64,000 nt of DNA. It comes from Meyerozyma guilliermondii. Its lineage: Eukaryota. The stretch's first letter is position 1. Every line of letters starts with the position of its first letter. Position numbers and translations under genes: made by a program. The notes beneath the pieces were generated by a model. That model made no database searches, was not told where the DNA came from, and saw only the letters and a program-made list of their open reading frames with translations. Shown piece by piece: positions 41,318-50,772 of this stretch. The DNA lies in the NCBI GenBank assembly GCA_051546255.1, contig CP128815.1, positions 310,001-374,000 on the forward strand, read 5' to 3'.

Positions 41318-41450
41318 TAGATTGTACTATATAAAAGTAATTGAGGATTTGTCTTTGACGTTGAAGGTGAAGGTACTGCTTCAAGGCACTCTACCCATGC
41401 ATATGGTAAAAATATTAAATTTGATATTTGACCGAAATAAACTACAATAC

Positions 41451-41524
41451 GACTTCGTGGCCAAGCTGGTTAAGGCGTGCGACTGTTAATCGCAAGATCG
41501 AGAGTTCAATCCTCTCCGAGGTCG
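41451..41524 (+). tRNA. tRNA-Asn(GTT)
   Basis: Acceptor GACTTCG/CGAGGTC; D-arm GCCAAGCTGGTTAAGGC; anticodon arm TGCGA-CTGTTAA-TCGCA; T-arm GAGAG-TTCAATC-CTCTC; no intron. Confidence 0.95.
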
Positions 41525-41533
41525 TTTTTTTTT
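41525..41533 (+). terminator. RNA polymerase III oligo-T terminator
   Basis: T-run immediately after the tRNA discriminator base. Confidence 0.85.
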
Positions 41534-41607
41534 GGTTAGTCGCACCAACTTTTGATTTCGCGTGAACAAGCAATTTTTAACTTCCAGTTTCGAGCCTATT
41601 TTGCACC

Positions 41608-42549
41608 ATGTACGCAGCTGTTGCCAAGGGACAGCCTCAGGTGCCCCATGCACCTCAGGTTCCTCAGGAGCAGAATAATCAGAAAAATAGAGCATTAAAC
41701 GACGAACAAATATATCAATGGCTCTCTGAATTAGTGAGAGGCACGAATAGAGAAAGAGCACTTTTGGAGTTAGGCAAGAAGAGAGAACAGTACGATGACT
41801 TGGCATTAGTCTTGTGGAATTCTTTTGGAGTTATGACGGTCTTGCTTGAGGAAATAGTCTCGGTGTATCCATTTTTAAATCCACCTGTGCTCACGGCTTC
41901 TGTCTCCAACAGAGTTTGCAATGCGTTGGCCTTGCTTCAATGCGTTGCCTCAAATGTGCAGACCCGGGGCCTTTTCCTAAGTGCTAACTTTCCCCTTTAC
42001 TTGTACCCTTTTCTTTCAACGAATTCAAGACAACGGTCATTTGAATATCTTCGTTTGACAAGCTTAGGAGTCATTGGCGCCTTGGTCAAAAATGATACCC
42101 CCGAAGTCATCAACTTTCTTCTCACGACGGAGATTGTACCGTTGTGTCTCAACATCATGGAAATCTCATCAGAACTCTCGAAAACTGTGGCAATCTTTAT
42201 CTTGCAGAAAATTTTACTCGACGATCAAGGCCTATCCTACATTTGTACTACCTACGAACGATTTCATACTGTTGCTTCTGTTTTATCCAAAATGATTGAT
42301 CAGCTTAGCCTCAACACCAATGTTCAATCCCAAGCCCCACAGCAGTCCTCCAACAGTTCTGGAAGACTTTTGAAGCATGTTGTCAGGTGCTACATGCGGC
42401 TCTCTGATAACCTCGAGGCAAGAAAAGCTTTAGCCACAATACTTCCCGAACCGTTGCGGGATGGCACTTTCTCATCTATACTACAAGATGATGTAGCCAC
42501 GAAACGCTGCTTGGCTCAGCTTTTGTCCAACATCAATGACCAGAGGTGA
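41608..42549 (+). CDS. CAF40: CCR4-NOT subunit Caf40/Rcd1/CNOT9
   Basis: [61 protein letters not shown]. Confidence 0.96.
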   Translation: MYAAVAKGQPQVPHAPQVPQEQNNQKNRALNDEQIYQWLSELVRGTNRERALLELGKKREQYDDLALVLWNSFGVMTVLLEEIVSVYPFLNPPVLTASVSNRVCNALALLQCVASNVQTRGLFLSANFPLYLYPFLSTNSRQRSFEYLRLTSLGVIGALVKNDTPEVINFLLTTEIVPLCLNIMEISSELSKTVAIFILQKILLDDQGLSYICTTYERFHTVASVLSKMIDQLSLNTNVQSQAPQQSSNSSGRLLKHVVRCYMRLSDNLEARKALATILPEPLRDGTFSSILQDDVATKRCLAQLLSNINDQR

Positions 42550-42696
42550 CTTCCAGTCGCTTCGTGGTTTTTATGTATTATAAGTCCATAGATGTGCGCG
42601 GTTCGATCCTTCGCATTATCCCCTCGAGTCGCGCTCTCAATATTACACACTTAGATTTTCTTATCTAACAATTATTCTCGCCTTGCCGCTAATAAA

Positions 42697-44430
42697 ATGG
42701 GCCATCAATTTACTCATTCTAATTCAAAGAGGCGTGCCTCGGTGGTTCACGGCTCCGTTGGAAAAGCTGGGCTTTTTCTTCCACAAGATTTCATCCACAA
42801 TCGAAATATTAGAGACGAAGAGTCGACCTCTGAAGCTCGAAATACTTTGCCCCAAGAGACCAGCCCTTTGCTTGCTGTAGGTGACGACGGTCCCAAAGGG
42901 AGGCGTCATCTGCTGTATGACCATGATATACTCGAGCAGGAGAGGGACTTGTTAAAGTACAGTCATTACCCAATGAACGATGGAGAGACTGATGGGGAAA
43001 TTGTTGCCTCTTTCGAAGACGCCGTACTTGCCCACAGAATATCCACCAATACCTGGATCGAATTTGTGGCACTCATAAAATCGGCATTACCACTTGTAGT
43101 AACATTCTTGCTCGAAAGTTCCTTTCCAACTGTTTCCGTATTCAGCGTCGGACATTTGGGAGCCACAGAGCTTGCAGCAGCTTCATTGGGCTCCATGACT
43201 GCCAATATTTCTGGTTATGCTACTATTCAGGGAATTGCTACAGCTCTTGATACATTATGCCCTCAGGCTTTTGGTGCATCTAAATACCATTTGGTGGGAT
43301 CGTATGTTCAAAAGTGTATTGCGCTAACAACCGTTGTCATGGTGCCTATACTCCTCATATGGACCTTTGTGGGTTACGAGCTTGTAAGGCTTATAGTGCC
43401 CGATGAAAGCACTGCTAAATTGGCTTCGTCCTACTTGCTTTATATTGCCCCTGGTATACCGGCGTACATCCTATTTGAGAGTGGAAAGCGTTATTTACAA
43501 GCGCAAGGCATTTATCACATTTCAACTTATGTGCTCTTCGTCTGTGCACCACTCAACGCATTCATGAACATATTACTTGTTAAACACATCGGCTATCTTG
43601 GTGCCCCGATAGCGGTGGCCATTAACTATTGGTTAATGTGCCTCGGTCTCTTCTTCTCTACGCTCTACTTGGTTAAGCCTGAGAATACTCCGTCTGGCCA
43701 CCACCCCTTGGTGTGTTGGAATGGTCTCAACATTACTGACGCATTTTCAGGTTGGACTCGGCTACTTCCATTAGCCATCCCCGGGCTTATTATGTTGGAA
43801 GCCGAATTTCTTTACTTCGAATTCATGACTTTAATGGCTTCTTATCTCGGTACAGTTCCTTTGGCCGCGCAATCAATTGGCTCCACCGTAGCTGCATTGA
43901 CATATCAAATACCTTACGCCATTGGAATTGCGGGCTCCACGAGAATTGCAAACTTTTTAGGTGCTGGATTACCCGATGCGGCCAAGCTTTCAACGAAGGT
44001 TTCTTTATCCTTTGGAACGTCTACATCAGTGACTAGTTTTGTTTTCCTATACATCTTTAGGCGTCATATTGCTTTACTTTTCACTCTGGATGAAAGAGTC
44101 ATTCTGACCTTGACCAAGGTTATGTGGCTCATTGCTTTGATGCAAGTTTCAGATGGAATGAACGCCAATTCAGCAGGGTGTCTCAGAGGTCAGGGAAGAA
44201 CAAAAATAGGTGGTATCGTGAACTTTGTATCATACTACATCGTCGGTCTTCCTTTGTCATACTATCTTGCATTTCATTCGGGAATCAAGGGAAAGCTTGA
44301 TGGCCTTTGGATTGGGTGTTTGTTAGCCTTGACTATAATCGGTGTTGTTCAAAGTTATTATGCTTTGGCCGCTAACTATCCAAAACTTTGCAGAGAGGTC
44401 ACCCAAAGAGTGTCTAATGATGCTCGCTAG
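42697..44430 (+). CDS. MATE-family transporter (Erc1/YDR338C-like)
   Basis: VGHLGATELAAASLG, GIATALDTLCPQAFGA, RYLQAQG, STRIANFLGAG, GCLRGQG, GLWIG; about 12 TM segments. Confidence 0.9.
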   Translation: MGHQFTHSNSKRRASVVHGSVGKAGLFLPQDFIHNRNIRDEESTSEARNTLPQETSPLLAVGDDGPKGRRHLLYDHDILEQERDLLKYSHYPMNDGETDGEIVASFEDAVLAHRISTNTWIEFVALIKSALPLVVTFLLESSFPTVSVFSVGHLGATELAAASLGSMTANISGYATIQGIATALDTLCPQAFGASKYHLVGSYVQKCIALTTVVMVPILLIWTFVGYELVRLIVPDESTAKLASSYLLYIAPGIPAYILFESGKRYLQAQGIYHISTYVLFVCAPLNAFMNILLVKHIGYLGAPIAVAINYWLMCLGLFFSTLYLVKPENTPSGHHPLVCWNGLNITDAFSGWTRLLPLAIPGLIMLEAEFLYFEFMTLMASYLGTVPLAAQSIGSTVAALTYQIPYAIGIAGSTRIANFLGAGLPDAAKLSTKVSLSFGTSTSVTSFVFLYIFRRHIALLFTLDERVILTLTKVMWLIALMQVSDGMNANSAGCLRGQGRTKIGGIVNFVSYYIVGLPLSYYLAFHSGIKGKLDGLWIGCLLALTIIGVVQSYYALAANYPKLCREVTQRVSNDAR

Positions 44431-44496
44431 AAATACGTTAAGACCTTTACGATAGCAGTATATACCTTCTACAAATGTAAAATAATGAAAGCGACC

Positions 44497-45858
44497 CTAA
44501 AATGCTTCCATCATCAACGAGTCTTTAGCTACCTCACCCGTAACCCTTGATTGGCCAGCAAGTAATTCTCTTCTTATCTCTGGGCCTATAGCATGATGAA
44601 ACTGCTGTCTAACTGTTTCCAACAAAAAATCTCGTTGGTCATCTGTTATATCATTCTTGTACCTTTGAGCAAATGCCAAGAAAGCTTTATGCCATACAAC
44701 TGGGAGCTTGGGAAGCTTTCCATTGTTGTCATCTAGATCCATTTCATTAGGGTTTTGGGCTGCTTTCCGAAATCTCATGAAGTAAAAGACCAACTCATCT
44801 AAAGTCTGATAAGGAAGAGCATACTTTTTCTCGATTAAAACACGAATGAACACAATGGTAGCTGGAGTGAAATCACGTTGCAAAAGCTGAGCTAATGCAA
44901 CTGACGAATGCAATACGGGCACAGAAACCTTTGCCAACACCGATGCAGTGATGGTCGCTTCTCTGACTGTGCAATGAGAGTCGACTAAAGGAAGAAGAAA
45001 CCCTTTGAAGAATGCACCAGGTTTGTAAAGTGATTTCTTTATAGCACGATACAAATGGTAGTTTAAGGTGTGGTCCTCGGAGTCTTCGATCGACGTTCTC
45101 ACTCTTTCAAGCAAGACTTGTTCAATGAACTTTTGTGCCTCGTTCGCTTGCAAATTGGAAACGAACAACTTGGTTGCCTCGTATACGGCATGTGGTGTCC
45201 ATCCTTCTGGATTGGTCACGAAGAGAACATCTTCCCAGTTGCGTAAGGTGGGAAGAACTTTGAAAAGCTTGGGAAGTTTGCCATGCTTATAGGTAGATAA
45301 AATTTGACCAACTTTCTCATATGCAACGAAGACCTTTGGTGGTAATAAGACAGCATCTTGTCGGCTCTCTGCTTCCTTCTTTTCAGCCTTCTCCTCGAGC
45401 TTGGCCATGATCTTGTCTGCAAGATTGATAGTGCCGTTATTACTTGCCCCACCATTAAAATATTTTTCGAACAATTCAGCGCTGCTTTCGTCTATGTTAA
45501 CTTCTTCTTCCTCGATCTCTTCGAAGTCCTCCTCTTCTTGAGCTTCGAAATCAGAGTACTCTTCATCATCCAGTCCCTCGTCCAGTTCATGGGATCGCCA
45601 TTCTTGACTGAAGGTTTTTGAACTCTCATTCGTGTTTACTGCTTCGTCTTCTTGTTCGATTTCGGCCTGTTGCTCTCTGGCTAATTGTAAGATCCTCCTG
45701 GACGATGCTGCATCGATGAAGTCTTCTGCATCATTTTCGGATTGGTTTTTTGCCTTTCCTCTCGTATGTTCCCTCAAAGTTCCTCCCTGAGATGATATAT
45801 CCTTCATCAAAGGATTGTGCCTCTGCTTCTTTATGGACTCATTTCTTATTTTACCCAT
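44497..45858 (-). CDS. ENP1: Bystin, 40S biogenesis factor
   Basis: SRRILQLAREQ, HGKLPKLFKVLP, AIKKSLYKPGAFFKG, KKYALPY, LPVVWHKAFLAFAQRYK, IGPEIRREL. Confidence 0.96.
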   Translation of the reverse strand: MGKIRNESIKKQRHNPLMKDISSQGGTLREHTRGKAKNQSENDAEDFIDAASSRRILQLAREQQAEIEQEDEAVNTNESSKTFSQEWRSHELDEGLDDEEYSDFEAQEEEDFEEIEEEEVNIDESSAELFEKYFNGGASNNGTINLADKIMAKLEEKAEKKEAESRQDAVLLPPKVFVAYEKVGQILSTYKHGKLPKLFKVLPTLRNWEDVLFVTNPEGWTPHAVYEATKLFVSNLQANEAQKFIEQVLLERVRTSIEDSEDHTLNYHLYRAIKKSLYKPGAFFKGFLLPLVDSHCTVREATITASVLAKVSVPVLHSSVALAQLLQRDFTPATIVFIRVLIEKKYALPYQTLDELVFYFMRFRKAAQNPNEMDLDDNNGKLPKLPVVWHKAFLAFAQRYKNDITDDQRDFLLETVRQQFHHAIGPEIRRELLAGQSRVTGEVAKDSLMMEAF

Positions 45859-45886
45859 TTTGAATTTTTGTCAATATTGCAACTTC

Positions 45887-45915
45887 GAGATGAGGTCTAG
45901 TTCAAAAAAAAAATT
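45887..45915. promoter_or_regulatory. PAC element (GAGATGAG) and A-tract upstream of ENP1
   Basis: PAC core GATGAG in the promoter of a ribosome-biogenesis gene. Confidence 0.55.
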
Positions 45916-46072
45916 GGTGCACGGCTGGGTGGTTGCAAATTGAAAGCCTTGAGTATTGTATGTCAAATACCTAAAATTCTATTTCTGATAATTAATATTA
46001 CACTGGCGCTTACAAAGCCCAACTCTTGCGTCACTCATTAATTATGTATATAGGTTAATTGAGCAGAACGTC

Positions 46073-48838
46073 TCAAATACCTATATCGTGATCCTTGTCT
46101 ATACGCACTAATAACTTGGAGTAGACTAGTTCTTCGCCCAAAGGATCATTGATAGGTAAATATCGATAGCCATCTTTAATACAGCCGACTCGAAGCACTA
46201 TTATTCCTAGTGGCTGGATATCCTCCTTTCCTGTTGCGCTCAGCGAAGAGTTGACGACTATTCTGAGAAATGCTAAATCATTCTCTGCGGACATGATACA
46301 ACTAAACTGCTCGTTCCAAATCGGATTGAAGCCATTAGCCGCAATTATCAGTGTACTTGGCTCTTGGCTTTCACCATCCCACTGAATTAATGAGCAGCCG
46401 TGCATTTCAACGGAGACGAATGGGTTGGTTGCGGCATTTGATCCTTTACTCTTAGGTAGCTGAAGAGCGCTAATGATCTTCAACGAAAATCTCATCAAGG
46501 GTCGCTGTACCAACTCTGGTTTGCGTTTCTTAGAGAGAGGTGACCTAAGAGACTTGGGTTTCAAAGCGTATCCAGTTCCTCCACAACTCTGAAACAATGC
46601 TTCATTAATCTGTTGGCCAACATCGTAAGTCTGCCAGTTACTGGCTACCATTTGTACTCCATAGTTCCATTGAGTTATAGGATTAAAATTCGATGATCCA
46701 ATTCTCATCTTCGAAGGATATACTCTCATCAAGAATTTACGATTATGCTTGGCAAGTGAAAGTCGCTTTTCTTCGTCACTCAACAACGAGTTGAAGCTTT
46801 TTTCACTGAGTGAAATACAGTGGTTGAACGTCTTCGACTCGGGAAGCGAAAAATTCCGAAATTTGATACCCTGAATATAGATCGCAAGATCACTCAACTC
46901 CGTCACAATTTTTGTCAGTTCAGACCTCCGTCGTATTGAAAAAGAGTCACGTCTTTGAGCAGCACCACTATCTTCACTGAACGATGTACTAGTCGTAGAA
47001 GTTGAGAGTGCACTTTGGCCATCCTGAGAAACTGAATATGTTCGTGCACTGGTTCTCTTGACCTTGAGAAGTATCTTGCTTCTCAATTTGCGAGGACTGG
47101 GTAGCACACAATCATTGTCTAGCATGTCGGTGACCAACGATTCGCCTAGGATATCCTTGAGCAACTTCTTGATTTTTAGCTGATTCTCCGCATTGCAGTG
47201 TACTTCCAAGCTTAATATGACGGGCCAGCTCGACGAACTAAATGCATATTTTTTAACAGTCAGTAATACGTTCTTTAAGGAAATCGATGACGTGAAGGAG
47301 CGACCATGGTTAACAATTGGGCCCTTAATTCCTTCGCTTTCATTGTTGTCTAGATCGCCATCAATTGACATACCATCCCAGATGTCTATCTCAACACATT
47401 TGCAACCACGTTGGAAAGCTCTTATATAACCATCAATTGAAGAGTCCCCGACGAATTGCCTTCCAATGAGATAGGTGTTATGTGATGAGGATATGAAATA
47501 GTCATTGAGGGGATGATCAAAGTAATCGTCACTGAAATCATTTTTGAATATTGTTGAATATTTTGAAAGCAAAAATGCATTGAAGCTCTCTTTTGTCCAA
47601 ATCAGCCTGTCTTCCCTCTTACTGAAACGCACAAATAGTTTTCTTAGATGCTCTTCATTGTGTTCCTCTTTCTGTATTTCTATCATGAAGGTGCAAAATT
47701 TATCAAAATCAATTGTTGACAGAGAAGAAAAGCATGCTTCCCAAATATGTGAAATGTCATCTCGTCGCTTGATAATTGAAACAAATTCTTTAAAACCTTC
47801 AAAGCTGAGTCCCTTAGGCTCAGAGCTTGTAGCTACTCTCGTTATCACGTTGTCGAAGACGTCTTTAAGAAAAGCTTCGTCGAGGTTGATATTTAGTCTC
47901 CTCGAATACTTTAGTATGTCTTCCAAATATAGTAGCTCTCTCACTTCTTTCACTGGTCCTTCCAGCTGTGGAGTGGAAAGAAGAGATTCTCGTAATTCCG
48001 TTATGTTGTCGGCCCCAAGTAGAAAGTTGTTTGTCAACGCTTCCCTCACTCTCCTCAAGGTGTCTATTATGCCAGAGAGTCGTTTAAAATCGCGTTCTGT
48101 GTCTGTAATCAAATGCAAAGTCTTAAGTTTATCTTTTTTCATGTCCAAGTAGCAAATTGTTAGCCATTGGTTTTCAAACTCTTTGGAAATGTGTAGTTCT
48201 TCTCGGTAGCTAGTTGCATCAGCCTGTAATGAGACCCACTTGATGCAAGTAATCGGTAACTCGTGGACCTTATTGTTGTGAGCGGATGCTGTGTTCAAAA
48301 GCTTTTGAAAACCTGATATTCCATTAGATGAAGATGCTTTTGCGGTTATTTTCCACTGTATTTTGAATTCACTGGGATCAACCTGAAGTAAGATTCTCTT
48401 TCGAGACTTTTGGGAAACTTTCAAGAGGGGAAGTCCTCCATGCAAAAATGGTGTGATAGACCTGTAGCGCTCCATCGCTCTATGGAGTTCTGAACTAGTA
48501 TGTTCTTTGTCCTCTAACCTCATTTCTTCTAACCTATCATTTAGACTAGAGAATGTCGAAGATTCGCTTACAATTGTAAGATCACTATTATCCTTACTTG
48601 TTACCAAATCTTTAATGGTGCCTTTAGTAACGACACAATCACTCATTCCATTGAAAGATCCCTTGGTCTCATTGGCCCTTAAATTGATCAATTGGTTAGG
48701 AAGATTTGAATAAACAGGTAGCAACCCCGCTCGCTGCTTCGAGGATGATGGTACGTACATCATTTCCACATCTGCTGCATTGCCTTCACCATCAGATTCG
48801 GTAGTATATTCTCCATTGGGCTTGCCAGGTAGCATCAT
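46073..48838 (-). CDS. PLC1: Phosphoinositide-specific phospholipase C (PH, EF, X, Y, C2 domains)
   Basis: YFISSSHNTYL, GCKCVEIDIWDG, HGRSFT, PVILSLEVHC, RVYP..RIGSSNFNP, GVQMVASNWQTYD, NGFNPIWNE, GYRYLP. Confidence 0.95.
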   Translation of the reverse strand: MMLPGKPNGEYTTESDGEGNAADVEMMYVPSSSKQRAGLLPVYSNLPNQLINLRANETKGSFNGMSDCVVTKGTIKDLVTSKDNSDLTIVSESSTFSSLNDRLEEMRLEDKEHTSSELHRAMERYRSITPFLHGGLPLLKVSQKSRKRILLQVDPSEFKIQWKITAKASSSNGISGFQKLLNTASAHNNKVHELPITCIKWVSLQADATSYREELHISKEFENQWLTICYLDMKKDKLKTLHLITDTERDFKRLSGIIDTLRRVREALTNNFLLGADNITELRESLLSTPQLEGPVKEVRELLYLEDILKYSRRLNINLDEAFLKDVFDNVITRVATSSEPKGLSFEGFKEFVSIIKRRDDISHIWEACFSSLSTIDFDKFCTFMIEIQKEEHNEEHLRKLFVRFSKREDRLIWTKESFNAFLLSKYSTIFKNDFSDDYFDHPLNDYFISSSHNTYLIGRQFVGDSSIDGYIRAFQRGCKCVEIDIWDGMSIDGDLDNNESEGIKGPIVNHGRSFTSSISLKNVLLTVKKYAFSSSSWPVILSLEVHCNAENQLKIKKLLKDILGESLVTDMLDNDCVLPSPRKLRSKILLKVKRTSARTYSVSQDGQSALSTSTTSTSFSEDSGAAQRRDSFSIRRRSELTKIVTELSDLAIYIQGIKFRNFSLPESKTFNHCISLSEKSFNSLLSDEEKRLSLAKHNRKFLMRVYPSKMRIGSSNFNPITQWNYGVQMVASNWQTYDVGQQINEALFQSCGGTGYALKPKSLRSPLSKKRKPELVQRPLMRFSLKIISALQLPKSKGSNAATNPFVSVEMHGCSLIQWDGESQEPSTLIIAANGFNPIWNEQFSCIMSAENDLAFLRIVVNSSLSATGKEDIQPLGIIVLRVGCIKDGYRYLPINDPLGEELVYSKLLVRIDKDHDIGI

Positions 48839-48923
48839 TTCATGTCATTGAGGAATTTACTAAATTTCGCAAAATCTCAATTTAGTTTTTATTTAGCGAG
48901 CCATGTTCTATAAATAATTTGAC

Positions 48924-50693
48924 TCAAATATCGAATCGAGATTCTAATCTAACATCCATACCTGCCTTTTCTTGTAAATATTCCTTAACGTCATTTACTT
49001 TGTATTCCTCCCGATGAAAAAGACCAGCGCCCAATGCTGCATCAACATTGCAATCAAGCTCGAACACTTCTTGAAAATGCTTGGGATTTCCAGCACCAGA
49101 GCTAGCGATAACAGGAATTGATACGGCTCTCTTAACCTGGTTGATAAGCTCAAAGTTGAACCCTTTGTTCGATCCATCGTGGTCGATGGAATTCAATAAT
49201 ATTTCACCTGCTCCCAAATCCTCGCAAGCTATGCAGAGTTCTACCGCACCCAAATCATGAACCTTTCTTCCACCTTGAGAGGTAACCTGATAATAGCAAA
49301 AACGCTCACCATTTGGACCATACTTTGACCCGTCGGTAATTTCCACAACTTGCATCGTTGTATCTGATGGCGACAGAACGTACCGGCGTTTGGGATCAAC
49401 GGAAATAACAACCGCTTGATTGCCGAAGGTAGCAGAAATTCTCTCTATAGACGAATCACCGGACTTCACGCCTTTGTTCTGGTAGTACTTTTCTGCGATA
49501 GTGACCGCATCTGAGCCGATGCTTACCTTGTCAGCACCAGATCTGAAGTAAAGATCTGCTACCTTTTCAGCGGGCACGAGCAGGCCAGTTTCTGGGTCAG
49601 TCATATCCTTTATTCCACCGCCCACAGTAAGAGGTACGAAAATCTCTTTTGCTGCTAGTTTCAATACTTCTAACATCGGAAGATCTTTGATAGGAGAATT
49701 TCTGAAAGAAGTGATGTTCAAGAATGTAACCTCGTCAGCCCCCTGTCTGTAATAACGTGTGGCTAATTCCACTGGCTTTCCCAAATTCCTTACGCTGTTC
49801 CCTTCGCCACTGCTTTCTCGCACGTTATATTGGTCCCCTTTTGTGACAACCAAGTCACCCTCGTCATTTGTTCGTACATCTAGACAAGCGATTATACGTC
49901 TGGTAACACCACTCAACGATGAAACTATTGCCTTTTCCCCCTTTTGTACTTGGGATTGTACGTTTTGCTCGAAGACCTTGCCAGTCAAAAAGGATTTCAA
50001 GACTTGAAGTCCAGCAATTCCTGATTTCTCAGGATGAAACTGGGTTGCAAAAAAATTTTCAAAAGCCATGGCAGCGACAAATTTCTCCGTGCCATACCTA
50101 GCAAAGGCAAAGTTCCATCCCTCAGACTGAGCTTTTTCAATTAGGCTTCTGTTCTCTTCACTGTTAATGATTGCGGCATAAGAGTGAACAAAGTAATACT
50201 TATTCACTGTGTTCATGCCATAGTAAGCTTCGTCAGCAGCCAACTGTTTGCCTTGAATATTGATTTCATTTACGGAGTTCCATCCAATATGTGGAACTGC
50301 TTTTTTCAACCCTTTCAGCTCAAATATAGGATCTGAAGAAGCAAACTTTTGGAGCTTCATATTCATGTAGCCCAATCCACGGTAATCACTCACTCCCTCT
50401 TCACTTTCACTAAAAAATACTTGCAAGCCGACACATATTCCCATTAGGGGACGTCCACTTCTAATGTACTCCCTGATTGGAGTCAATAAGTCTCTTAAGT
50501 GGACCTGTTTGACAAAATGATCGAAATTACCTACTCCAGGAAACACCAATTTTTCTATTTCTGAGTTTTTCTGCTCGAATTCAGACCCATTGTGGATGTA
50601 TTCTACTTCATAATCGCCTATGTACTTGATAGCATTGGTTAGAGACTGCAAGTTTCCACTTTCAACGTCAATAACGTGTATTAAGTGAGGCAT
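48924..50693 (-). CDS. HIS7: Imidazole glycerol phosphate synthase (HisH-HisF fusion)
   Basis: [57 protein letters not shown]. Confidence 0.97.
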   Translation of the reverse strand: MPHLIHVIDVESGNLQSLTNAIKYIGDYEVEYIHNGSEFEQKNSEIEKLVFPGVGNFDHFVKQVHLRDLLTPIREYIRSGRPLMGICVGLQVFFSESEEGVSDYRGLGYMNMKLQKFASSDPIFELKGLKKAVPHIGWNSVNEINIQGKQLAADEAYYGMNTVNKYYFVHSYAAIINSEENRSLIEKAQSEGWNFAFARYGTEKFVAAMAFENFFATQFHPEKSGIAGLQVLKSFLTGKVFEQNVQSQVQKGEKAIVSSLSGVTRRIIACLDVRTNDEGDLVVTKGDQYNVRESSGEGNSVRNLGKPVELATRYYRQGADEVTFLNITSFRNSPIKDLPMLEVLKLAAKEIFVPLTVGGGIKDMTDPETGLLVPAEKVADLYFRSGADKVSIGSDAVTIAEKYYQNKGVKSGDSSIERISATFGNQAVVISVDPKRRYVLSPSDTTMQVVEITDGSKYGPNGERFCYYQVTSQGGRKVHDLGAVELCIACEDLGAGEILLNSIDHDGSNKGFNFELINQVKRAVSIPVIASSGAGNPKHFQEVFELDCNVDAALGAGLFHREEYKVNDVKEYLQEKAGMDVRLESRFDI

Positions 50694-50728
50694 TATTGTA
50701 CGAGATGAATGAGAAATGATTTATTCAA

Positions 50729-50736
50729 ATGAGTCA
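50729..50736. promoter_or_regulatory. Gcn4 site ATGAGTCA upstream of HIS7
   Basis: Consensus match about 36 bp upstream of the HIS7 ATG. Confidence 0.6.
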
Positions 50737-50772
50737 GTGTGTATATGCAGGGTACGAGAATTTGCCAATGGT

